A stretch of 64,000 nucleotides of DNA, from positions 2,012,734 through 2,076,733 of the forward strand of contig CM121341.1 in the NCBI GenBank assembly GCA_051530055.1, read 5' to 3'. The notes beneath the pieces are model-generated. The model had not been told where the DNA came from. It did no database searches and saw nothing but the letters and a program-made list of their open reading frames with translations. The translations under genes were made by a program, and so were the position numbers. The DNA comes from Neoechinorhynchus agilis. Its lineage: Eukaryota > Animalia > Acanthocephala. Positions within the stretch are counted from its first letter, which is position 1. Each line of letters opens with the position of its first letter. Positions 27,481 to 39,829 of this stretch are shown piece after piece.

Positions 27481-28598
27481 ATGTCGTAGCTGGATTAAAA
27501 AATCAGCGATTCTGACTGGTAAACAAAATTTTAAAGGTGTTTCCGTCGTTCTAAAACGGAACATTTGTTAGATAATAGAAGACCATAAAAAGCAATGAAA
27601 ATTTAAATGATTCCCAATACTCCAAAAGATATTGTTTTCAAATATCAAAACAATGCGTGAATGGCAAAAGGAATACAACGCGGTCGCCGCGCTCTTAAAT
27701 GCGGTAGCAAAAAAATAAAAATTTTCTTAATTTGAACAACGCTAAGAAGTTGAGTGATTGCTTTTGTTTTATCCTGGAATGACTGAATTTGCTTCTTAAA
27801 AAATGAATCTAATTTTTAGTTTTCGGGCTTAATAATTTCCTGGGAATTAATTTAATCAAAAGCACTATTTTCGGACACTATCGAGTTCAAAATACAAGAA
27901 TCAAAATGCAGATTGGGTACATAAAATTTTAATTATGGCGTTTATCACAAATCGATTCGAATATTTGAAATTATCGCATCTTGGGCGTCACTAATAGAAA
28001 TTATTGGAGAATAAATAACAGTCGAAAAGGCCGATTGGCTGATATATTGAAGAAATTCTATTTTCAGCGTCTACTCAAAGATGTTGTAAGGCTGAAAGAA
28101 TGTCATTACAAAAAATTAACCATTGATTTTCTTAATTTTTAGACAAATCTTTCCATCGATTTTGTGTTAAAGTGGCACAATAAAAAAAGTTGTGCCATAA
28201 ATAACAAACTAAATCGGGAATTTTACACTTTTAAGGATTTGACATATTTCTAGGAACCCTCCCTCAAATTAGTATAAACCAGTAGAAATTCGCATTTTTA
28301 AACCATTGGTCACTTCAACGTTCTCATTGCGGTCGCAAGAAAATTTTCGGAAATGGTGAATATAGATTTCTTCCGTGGTCAGGTCACAACCTGTTAAGAA
28401 CTTGTGTTTATTTTGCTTTTTATCGATTTCATGTTGATGGCGGTGAAGATTTGTCAACCCTTTGAGGTTTTTTGTTGAAGAAGTTTCCATTTAATTGGCA
28501 TTTCAAATATAATGTAGAAATTTCACGATTGATGAAGTTATGTCAATAAGCTTCGGATACATAATCTTTATATCATAGAGAATTGTCGTCGGGGTGAA

Positions 28599-28806
28599 TT
28601 TGATTCGAGTTTGACTATGTTTTTCCCGTGGGATTGTTTATTTTAAAATATTTGGTAAGCTTTTTTCCTTAGCAGCGTCGTTGATGGCCGCGTTGGAAGC
28701 TCGTTTGTAAGTCTTTTCATAAGAGGTAGCAAAAAGCTTACAAAATATTTTAAAATAAATGATCAACAACAATTAGGGGGAAAAACATCGTTGAACTCGA
28801 ATCAAA
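28599..28806. mobile_element. Foldback/MITE-like element, copy 1 (imperfect long inverted repeat)
   Basis: Paired blocks tttgattcgagtt/aactcgaatcaaa (13 bp), atgtttttccc/gggaaaaacat (11 bp) and a ~29-bp tttattttaaaatatttggtaagcttttt block with one mismatch. No ORF. Confidence 0.75.
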
Positions 28807-29079
28807 ATCTTTAATTTGTTTTAAAACTCACCCACATCACAATAAAAAAAGATTCAATGGGTTTTTTGTAAAAAAAAAGAGGAAAATGCCCACATTTCTT
28901 ATCTTTATCATTGTAATGACCGAGATACAATGTGACGCGGAACGTCATGTTCCTTTTGAGAAAATTGCGATTTGTAACATTTAAAGTTCAGAATAATAGA
29001 GTTTTCGAATTGTTGTATAGATACTCCCTTTTTTTAGTTGTATAGTTAAACCTCGACTTATCCGGGTCATATAAAAATG

Positions 29080-30792
29080 TTTTAGTTGTATGGCTCGGGA
29101 TCGTTATTCCTGAGGTTTGGGTTTTTTATCAATGATAAGGTTTTTTTACTGCCCGAAGTCTCTTCAGCCTTGGAGAGTATCTTCACCTTGAATTTAATTT
29201 AGTTGTATGGCTCGGGATCGTTATTCCCGAGGTTTGGGTTTTTTTATCAATGATAAGGTTTTTTTACTGCCCGAAACATCTTAATCCTTGGAGAGTATCT
29301 TCACCTTGAATTTAATTTAGTTGTATGGCTCGGGATCGTTATTCCTGAGGTTTGGGTTTTTATCAATGATAAGGTTTTTTTACTGCCCGAAGTCTCTTCA
29401 GCCTTGGAGAGTATCTTCACCTTGAATTTAATTTAGTTGTATGGCTCGGGATCGTTATTCCCGAGGTTTGGGTTTTTTTATCAATGATAAGGTTTTTTTA
29501 CTGCCCGAAACATATTAATCCTTGGAGAGTATCTTCACCTTGAATTTAATTTAGTTGTATGGCTCGGGATCGTTATTCCCGAGGTTTGTGTTTTTTTATC
29601 AATGATAAGGTTTTTTTACTGCCCGAAACATCTTAAGCCTTGGAGAGTATCTTCACCTTGAATTTAATTTAGTTGTATGGCTCGGGATCGTTATTCCTGA
29701 GGTTTGGGTTTTTTATCAATGATAAGGTTTTTTTACTGCCCGAAGTCTCTTCAGCCTTGGAGAGTATCTTCACCTTGAATTTAATTTAGTTGTATGGCTC
29801 GGGATCGTTATTCCCGAGGTTTGTGTTTTTTTATCAATGATAAGGTTTTTTTACTGCCCGAAACATCTTAAGCCTTGGAGAGTATCTTCACCTTGAATTT
29901 AATTTAGTTGTATGGCTCGGGATCGTTATTCCCGAGGTTTGGGTTTTTTTATCAATGATAAGGTTTTTTTACTGCCCGAAACATCTTAAGCCTTGGAGAG
30001 TATCTTCACCTTGAATTTAATTTAGTTGTATGGCTCGGGATCGTTATTCCCGAGGTTTGGGTTTTTTATCAATGATAAGGTTTTTTTACTGCCCGAAACA
30101 TCTTAAGCCTTGGAGAGTATCTTCACCTTGAATTTAATTTAGTTGTATGGCTCGGGATCGTTATTCCTGAGGTTTGGGTTTTTTTTATCAATGATAAGGT
30201 TTTTTTACTGCCCGAAACATCTTAATCCTTGAAGAGTATCTTCACCTTTAATCTAATTTAGTTGTATGGCTCGGGATCGTTATTCCTGAGGTTTGGGTTT
30301 TTATTATCAATGATAAGGTTTTTTTTATTGCCCGAAACATCTTAATCCTTGAAGAGTATCTTCACCTTTAATCTAATTTAGTTGTATGGCTCGGGATCGT
30401 TATTCCCGAGGTTTGGGTTTTTTTTATCAATGATAAGGTTTTTTACTATTTGGTTGGTCATGTTTTGGCCCGAAACATATTAATCCTTGGAGAGTATCTT
30501 CACCTTGAATTTAATTTAGTTGTATGGCTCGGGATCGTTATTCCCGAGGTATGGGTTTTTTTTATCAATGATAAGGTTTTTTACTATTTGGTTGGTCATG
30601 TTTTGGCCCGAAACATCTTAATCCTTGAAGAGTATCTTCACCTTTAATCTAATTTAGTTGTATGGCTCGGGATCGTTATTCCCGAGGTATGGGTTTTTTT
30701 ATCAATGATAAGGTTTTTTACTATTTGGTTGGTCATGTTTTGGCCCGAAACCTCTTAATCCTTGAAGAGTATCTTTACCTTGAATCTAATTT
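29080..30792. repeat. Tandem satellite, ~118-bp monomer with the last three units ~138 bp, ~14 copies
   Basis: tatggctcgggatcgttattcc recurs at 29089, 29206 ... 29911, 30029. Units at 30445, 30583 and 30720 carry an extra block, atttggttggtcatgtttt. Confidence 0.97.
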
Positions 30793-31064
30793 AAAAGAAT
30801 TTGTTTATGGCGAAAATTTAAAATTATACCTCCCAAACCTTATCCGTCATAAACAAACATGAACAATTCAGGATTAATGTTTAGAAGTCTTCACTCGGTA
30901 AATAAATGTTCATAATGAACCTGACGAGATTTCTAAGTGCAAAAGAATTATTTACGTAGATTGAAGAGTTCTAAATAACAATTCTCTAATAATATAGTCC
31001 CCTTTTACCTCTTAACCATTCAATCTTCAAATTTTTTATCGTTAAAGTATTCACACGATCTTAA

Positions 31065-32474
<1,410 letters not shown>

Positions 32475-32940
32475 AGAGACATTAATGAATGTCCATAAGA
32501 AAAAAGAATGCGATTTCAGTCGTGATCGCGGATTTTTCTAAAAGATATCCTTGGATAATCGTAATCTACTTTTACATTCCCAAAGTTCAATTGTTGATTC
32601 AGCTCACCATCGATTGATTGTTAAATCAGCAATACCTGCTCGGTTTCATTGCTTTGAAAAATTCAATTTGAGTTATTCAAATGACTCAAGAAGACTAAAT
32701 GTGCTTATTCGAACGCGAAAATGGATTGAGATGTACCAATTGGTATAATTTTTATATTTTAACCCTTATTTCTTATAGGGAATTAGAGGAATGCGGTAGG
32801 AATATGTAAGCCAGCTTTCTAGCTGATTGATTTAATGTCTGAAATAATTATTATAACACGTCATTTTCATTTACCCATTAATTAACTGAAAAAAAAGAAT
32901 TGTTACGCATTTAGACTTATATTATTTATAAGTTTATTTG

Positions 32941-33394
32941 CCCACCGATCTGAGTCAGGTAAGCGCATTCGTAGGAATGCGTTCAATGCTCATAACCGCG
33001 TATGGTTCAGTTTTTTAAATGATTTTATCCGCTTCCATGAACCAAGATATCGGTGGGTTATGTGTCCAATGATAATTATCAGTTATAGAAGGAATGTTCA
33101 CTTCAAACAAACTTAAAATGTTTCAGCACATTAAATTTTTTATAAAAGTTCCGATGGAAACGGCGAAACATATTTATCCTCCATTGCCTCCTCGAGGATG
33201 CATTCAGTATTCTCTTTTTGAATCGCTGATTCTCCGATGTCCAACCATTTTCTAACCTTGCTTAAAAGTTTTGCTTGATCCGACGCACCAATTGTCTCAA
33301 TAGCGAGAGGTTGGAGCGACGGATCGATGCATTTATATTTTTTTAAAAGATCTATATCATAGCTTAAAATTATTCGTTTCATTAAAAAAAGCAT
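32941..33394 (-). mobile_element. Short 3' remnant of another RLE-type non-LTR element with a structured 3' flank
   Basis: KKYKCIDPSLQPLAIETIGA...AIQK resembles the K-x2-KY ... P-h-h-h-x2-G tail of restriction-like endonucleases. The downstream region has three clean stems and a 38-nt motif shared with 58772-58809. Confidence 0.4.
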
Positions 33395-33399
33395 TAGAG

Positions 33400-35875
33400 T
33401 TGGCTGATGTAACCAATTTTGATCGACTTTTTGAGGAGGCTGTGACGAAAAGTTACAATAATCAAACTTACCAAGAAACGTCCAGAAGGACCCTTCGGCC
33501 GTCCTTACAATTTGAGTAATAGGATTTCTGCCAAATTGGCAGACGCAGATGTCCGTGGAACGGTCAGGTTACTCAGTTCCACAGCTACGTTTGCGGACAA
33601 CGACCGCTCGACACTGGAGGCGTTGAGAAGTAAGCATCCTTCAGCTTTGTCACCGATTTTGCCCCCGATACCGGAAAAGTCGCGTCAATCGACGAGGTGC
33701 ACGCGGGAGGAACTTAGATGTGCTGTATCCTCGTTCCCCAATGGGTCGGGACATGGACCCGGCGGACTTCGACCCCAACACATCAAGGATATGTTGGGAT
33801 TTGGAACGGGAGTGATGGGAATTAAGCTCGAAACCGAACTCGTTAATGTGGTCGACGAAATCATAAATGGACCTCTCCCACTTGAAGCAACGAATTTTCT
33901 ATTCTCGGCATCTCTTTGTGCCTTTTCCAAATCAAGCGGAGATATTCGTCCGATAGCTGTGGGCTGCACTCTAAGACGTTTGGCAGGGAAGATTTTGTGT
34001 AAGCGACTGAGCGAAAGTGTAGGTGGGCAACTCAGACCTTTTCAGTTGGGCTGCTGTACTCCATGTGGAGCAGAAGCGATAGTGCACTCCACACGTACCT
34101 ATATCGACGCCTCTGCCACCCCAACGGTTGTCCTAAAAGTCGATTTTTCGAACGCCTTTACAGTCGATCGAACAGCCTTGCTAAGTACCATTGCTCGAGA
34201 ATTACCTGAAGCCTATGAATACTTTGTGAAGGCGTATGGTTCTAAGACACCTCTACATTTCAACGAGCACACCATTTGGTCCGAAACAGGCCTGCAACAA
34301 GGCGATCCTCTCGGCCCCATAGGATTTTCCTTAACAACCAATGGAATATCTCGTAAGCTCAAGGTAAGTTTGAAGACGCGACATTGGGCGGTGACCCAAA
34401 GACGGTTCTAGAAGACCTGCAATCCCTGCTTGTTTCTGCTGCGGAATTGGGCCTACGTGTCAACCCCGCGAAGTGTGAACTATTGCCACTAAATATTTCA
34501 CATTCTCACATGGCGGATATAATGCAGTCCTTCGAATCCGTTGCCCCAGGAATCCGATTAATCAACCGGCAAAGCTTCACTCTTCTCGGCAGTTGCGTCC
34601 TGGATGCGAACATAGATCGCGAGATTGAAGAAGAGCTCCCTAAACTGGATCTTTTGTGCTCCCGCGTTCAAGAATTGAATGCACACGAAGCTCTCTTCTT
34701 GGTGAGAAACTGCCTATACATACCGAAGCTTATGTTCAAGATGAGAGCAGCCCCGTACTTCCGACACACCAAACGTCTCCTTGACTTAGATGGTTTGATG
34801 AAAAAGCATCTTGAGAAGGTAACGAACTGCGCCATCACTGATGAAGCTTGGCAACAAGCTGCCCTTCCGATCAAATACGAAGGTTTAGGCTTACGAAGTG
34901 TGGCTGGTTTGGCCCTTCCGGCATTCGTATCCTCGATGCACAAGACGGAGGAATTACAGGGGGAAATTCTTTTAAACAGAATGCCGAAGCCATGCAAACT
35001 ATTGAAACAGGGAGTCACATCATGGCTCTCGCAGACCGGTCTGCAACAAGCTCCAACCAACGCGCACGAACAATCTGCTTGGGATAAACCCTTAATCCTG
35101 ACGGCTCACAACAAACTAAAAGGCCAGATGGACGAGATGTCTCAAGCTAGACTTGTGGCCAGTTCCTCGAAGGAGTCAGGCGCATGGTTGAACGTTTTGC
35201 CAATTGGTACTTTGGGAACTTTGCTGGACGACGAGACAGTTCGAATAGCCGTCGCTCTACGTTTAGGACTTCCAACCTGTGCCCCACACCAGTGCCGATG
35301 TGGAATAAAAGTTGACGTGCTCGGGAGACATGGACTCTACTGCAAGAGATCGAGCGGTCGTTTCCCAAGGCACGCAGAGCTCAACGCGATCATTAGCAGA
35401 GCTCTGAACTCGATCCACGTTCGAACCATCCTGGAGCCCAATCACCTCTGTCGCTCGGATGGTAAGCGTCCCGACGGTATAACCGTTTTCCCTTGGAAAG
35501 AAGGGAAGAGTCTAATTTGGGACGCAACATGCGTGAACTCACTCGCCCTGTCCAACCGGCAAGATGCTTTAGCGGAGACGGGAGAAGCAGCGAATGCCGC
35601 CGAAAGGAGGAAAGCGGAGAAATACAATGAGCTCAAACAAAATTACATTTTCCTTCCTTTCGGCGTGGAGACCCAAGGAGCGCTGGGATCTTCGGCACGA
35701 AGCTTTTGTGCCGAACTCGGACGACGACTTGCAGCACAAACGGGGGAGCGACGCGAGAGGATTTTCCTGATCCAAAGAATAAGCCTCGCAATCCAACGAG
35801 GAAATGCGGTCAGCGTCCGGGGGACGATTTAATCTAAAATTGTCCTTTAAAAATAAAATATTATTTCAATAAAAA
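33400..35875 (+). mobile_element. CRE-clade non-LTR retrotransposon (RT, CCHC knuckle, restriction-like endonuclease); 5'-truncated and inactivated
   Basis: RT motifs GDIRPIAVGCTLRRLAGK, LKVDFSNAF and GLQQGDPLGP; zinc knuckle CRCGIKVDVLGRHGLYC; RLE motifs KRPDGIT, LIWDATC and RKAEKY. A frameshift at ~34370-34385 destroys the YLDD motif. The stop at 35832 is followed by aataaa and an A-rich tract. Confidence 0.92.
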
Positions 35876-35946
35876 AATTAAGATTACTAGTGAAATATCT
35901 TGATACATTTTATAGATGTCATATATCATTGTCCTCGGGGTGAATT

Positions 35947-36154
35947 TGATTGTGCGTTGGCGAATCCTGTCCCCGGTGTTTTCGTTACTCATTTATTTGT
36001 GAAATATTTCCCAAGGTTTTCCTTGCCTCTTCAGGCCGGTCACGTCTAGTCCATTTTAGATGGAGACTGAAGCGGCAAGGAAAACCTTGCGAAATATTTC
36101 TCAAATAAATGAGTAACGAAAACACCGGGGACAGGATTCGCCAACGCACAATCA
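35947..36154. mobile_element. Foldback/MITE-like element, copy 2 (88-bp arms with 3 mismatches, 32-nt spacer)
   Basis: 35947-36034 is the reverse complement of 36067-36154 except at three positions. The spacer has its own tccat/atgga stem. Confidence 0.9.
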
Positions 36155-36469
36155 TTTTATAGATTTTCAAGACTTCAGGTGAATCTCCAATCAGTTTCAT
36201 ACTGATTGAAAAGAAAGGAAATGCTTGTTTAATCCACTTTAAATGTTTTGAAATGACTTGCAATAAGTGTTTGTGGCGATAATATAAATTAGATTATATT
36301 GATTTATGGAGACGTAGAGTCAATTTTTCTGTAAAGATTCGAAACGAATAAGATTTCAAACGTTAATCATAATACTTAAGATTATTGTTTCAACAATGGT
36401 TTCTTCGAAACTGGTTTCCAGCATTCTCACTTGACTATGTTCTCATAACTCGTTTGTTCTCGAATAAGC

Positions 36470-36804
36470 GGACGTGATTTCTATAGATGGCGTGCGATAT
36501 CGCGCCTTTCCGTCATTCCGGCCCTTAGAGGTTACATCGGCATACTCTCTCTCCACGATTGCAGGTTGTGCGAGAGTAGCAGGATTCGCATCTACCAAAC
36601 AGTGAAAGACAACAAATGAAGTCAAGTTGTGAAGTGACTGTTCGACGGCCATCGATTGTCGAACACGACAAAACAGTTCCATACGTGTGGATATTGAACG
36701 CCAATCCTTATACGTATCTACCCCCACGTCCAGCCAATTGGGGTTCAATCGAATCTGGTGAATTGTTTAAACAATATCAACGTAAATACAGTCGTAAGAA
36801 GTGA
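36470..36804 (+). CDS. Possible small uncharacterised gene
   Basis: Two adjacent open stretches with non-repetitive, coding-like composition (ADVISIDGVRYRAFPSFRPLEVTSAYSLSTIAG and RRPSIVEHDKTVPYVWILNANPYTYLPPRPANWGSIESGELFKQYQRKYSRKK*). No start or splice model confirmed. Confidence 0.25.
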
Positions 36805-37619
36805 TCTAAACACGAGTGTTGCAATTAAATTATTAAATTTTATCTCTCGCAGTGCTCAGCCACTCAGATTTATCAATGTCCGCTAAATTTAAAAAAGCGA
36901 CGAAATACCTCCACTTCCTCGGGAGGACATTTTGCGCAGACCAACGCTTCTCTGAACCAGATCAATGGGCTTTTGTAACCAAGAAATCAGCCGTGTAACT
37001 TTAAACAAAACACAAGGACTGATACTACCAAATCAGAGAGAATATTTAGATTGATTTTTTTGGAAACAAACTCATTTTATTAGGCCGTTTATCCTTTTTA
37101 TTTGCCTAAAATCCAAAAATGTTTATTGCGCTAATGAAGAGAAGGACTCGCTTGTCTCTATCCTTTTTCATTTTGTCGATCCAGTAACTCAAAACATGAT
37201 TTTTAACATCCAAAAATTCCTTCACGTGGTAATAATAAACGAGAGATCGGCGGAAATTCGGCAAACAAATTTTGCTTGCGATGCACTAGTTCACCTCTTT
37301 TTTTCTTGTATAAACATTCACCGTCAAACCGACTATGACCGATCGATTAATTTGATGGGACCGACAACACCCGGGCCTTTGAAGGCGAAATTAAATACCA
37401 TTCGCTGATCCAGGGAAACTCCACTAATCAACAAAATTCCATCGTCGTAAATGTTAATATTATTTTTAGAGACATAAGATTTACTGGGAAGCTAATGATT
37501 GCGGTGCTCATGTAAAATTCGTCCTCGTTGTTCGCTTTAATGACGAAAGCAAGGAATCACAAAACATTCTGCCTTGAAGTATGAGCACTAAACTGAAACG
37601 TAGTTTACATTCTTCAACA

Positions 37620-38860
37620 CCGATTCAGCCATCCTTCCCGGGTACTCTTCCTTCCATACCACGATGACCGTCCAGGAGGGGGTGTCGCAATTTACGTACA
37701 GCAATCGTTACATTACTCTTTATCTCTCACAGGTTCTCTACAAAACCCCGATTTAGAATTCATCCCAGTCCATTTCATAGCTCCTCTGAGAAACAACCTC
37801 AGAGAATTCACCATTGCCGGCGTCTATCGTCCTCATGTTTCTCGTCCTGAGTCCTCCTTGCTCCAAATTGACTCCATGATGGAGCTCATAAACTCCACAA
37901 ATTCGCACCATTTCTTAATTGCAGGGGCTTCAAAAACCTATTTCCTCTCCTACCCTTCTCCGAGTTGCGTCAACTTATTGACTTCCCAACACGGAAATGA
38001 GTCTGAGATTGTTACATTGGAATCAAGGGTGGCGGACGCTGCCATTCACCTTATCGGCTGGTGCAGTAGAGAGACAAGATTTGATCGGATTTCACTCTTC
38101 GGGTTGTGACGATTCTCCTAGAAATCATGCTTACACCGAAATTATACATAGAAGCTTAGACTGGAAGGCCTCCGATATTATGGAAGTTTGGGAATCTAAA
38201 GGCCTGATTTTTAATAATGGATCTTTCTTTAATTCTAAGGCGACTAATGTTTTAGACATAGTCAATGTTTTATGGATCTCTAAATACTTCAATTTTCGCT
38301 TCTCCTGTGGAACGGGAGTATATAAACAATGCTAAACTGATTTTTATTTTGAAAGACAAGCAAAGGAAAATCTCGTCTGCTGAATGGAATCGGCCCATCT
38401 CTATACAAAATGTTATTGTATCCATTTATGAGCGAGTTTTATCAAAATATATTCTTCGTTTCGCCCTTGAGCACTATTGTATTGATAGTCGATGTCACGG
38501 ATTTCTCCCTAAAAAATCTGTACATTGTTCGATCAGGGAAATAATTTTTTCAAACACTAAAGTAATGAACATTTTAATAACTGTCTTCGAGAAAAACGAG
38601 TTAGGCTTCATCATTAATATCTTATGTTATTTCAATTTCCCCTTTAATATCATTGCTCGGGTTAATAACATTTTATTTTCCAAATCTTTCCTTCAAGATA
38701 ATCCTTTACATAATCGCTTTTATCCAACTAGAGATGTCCCTAAGGTTGACCTCTCTCCTGTATTGTTTTTGTCTGAACTCTCAGTTCATTGTGTAAATTC
38801 GTCCTGTGTATCCAGAAATCACCATCTATGCGGATGATATGACTGCATTAAAGAATCGAA
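37620..38860 (+). mobile_element. Degenerate APE-type LINE (L1/Tx1-like; clade uncertain)
   Basis: Endonuclease remnants GGVAIYV, IAGVYRP and FLIAG; RT remnants WNRPISIQNV..YERVL, HGFLPKKS, LSPVLF and IYADDM (38823-38843). Many frameshifts and internal deletions. Confidence 0.8.
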
Positions 38861-39599
38861 TTATGTGACTGACCGAAGGTTGGGTAGAACTCTGGATCTA
38901 AGCGAATTTATCATTAATTCTAGATCAGTCTTAGGCAAAAAGGAAAATTCTTAAATTTATAGCGGAACGTTTTAATATATCTGACCGTACTATTATTAAA
39001 AATATCAATATTTTAGGTTATATTCCGCGAAGGACATCTCTTCACAAAGCTAAAAGAGCGAATAACCTCGGTCTTAGTAGCAGTCATTCAAGGACCATTT
39101 AGAATTCCTGGGCAATATAAGGCATCCCTTTTACTCTAGAGGAAGATCGTCCAAACAACGCCTATTTCTGGAAACATCTCTCAGGCTTTGTCTCTCTCCT
39201 CGGCCGGAGCGAAGTGGAAAAAATGGACCGATTAGTAAATGGCAACCGGTATAACCTCATAATCCCACACGATACTCCTTCGAAATGCGTGCACCTTCGT
39301 ATAAATCGTTGTTGTCATTTGAGTTGACATGAGTTATGTCAATGCGTTCGTTCATAAACAGCGTTTTTGCAAATATCCAACCTCCTGATTCTCCGTATGA
39401 CGGAGGAGTATCGGAACCAATGGATTCGGACGAAGTGCCCAACTTTTTATCCAACACCATTTATATTGATCAACCCACCAAGAAATGATCTTTTACGGTT
39501 ATCCTCACATCCAACCCAACTAGACTCCTTGGCTAAGAAATTTACAAAACGATCGCGAACGAATAATATCGATTTCGTATTTCGCTGGCAAGCTCAAAA

Positions 39600-39800
39600 T
39601 CCACGTCGAAATCATTATTTTGTTCCTTTTGGCGTCGAGACACTCGGGTCGTTTGGTACGGTGGTGCAGGACCTGGTCAAGCAATTGTCTAAGAGATTGA
39701 GACGAATCACTGGCGATCCGAGATCAGGAGCATTCCTCCTACAAAACATAAGTCGGGCTGTGCAAAACGGACGAATGCTGCATCCATCCTTTCGACCATT
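39600..39800 (+). mobile_element. 3' remnant of a third CRE-type element
   Basis: HYFVPFGVETLGSFGTVVQDLVKQLSKRLRRITGDPRSGAFLLQNISRAVQNG matches the CRE C-terminal pattern seen in the other two copies. Confidence 0.8.
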
Positions 39801-39829
39801 ACACCAGGACGGCAGCTGAGTGATCCAGA

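Noticed and set aside
28269-28490. Possible BED-finger/hAT remnant (TSSTKNLKGLTNLHRHQH)
   Set aside because: No upstream CxxC or transposase motifs were recoverable; too weak to call.
35985-36263. 92-aa minus-strand ORF
   Set aside because: It runs through the foldback element and has no coding signal.
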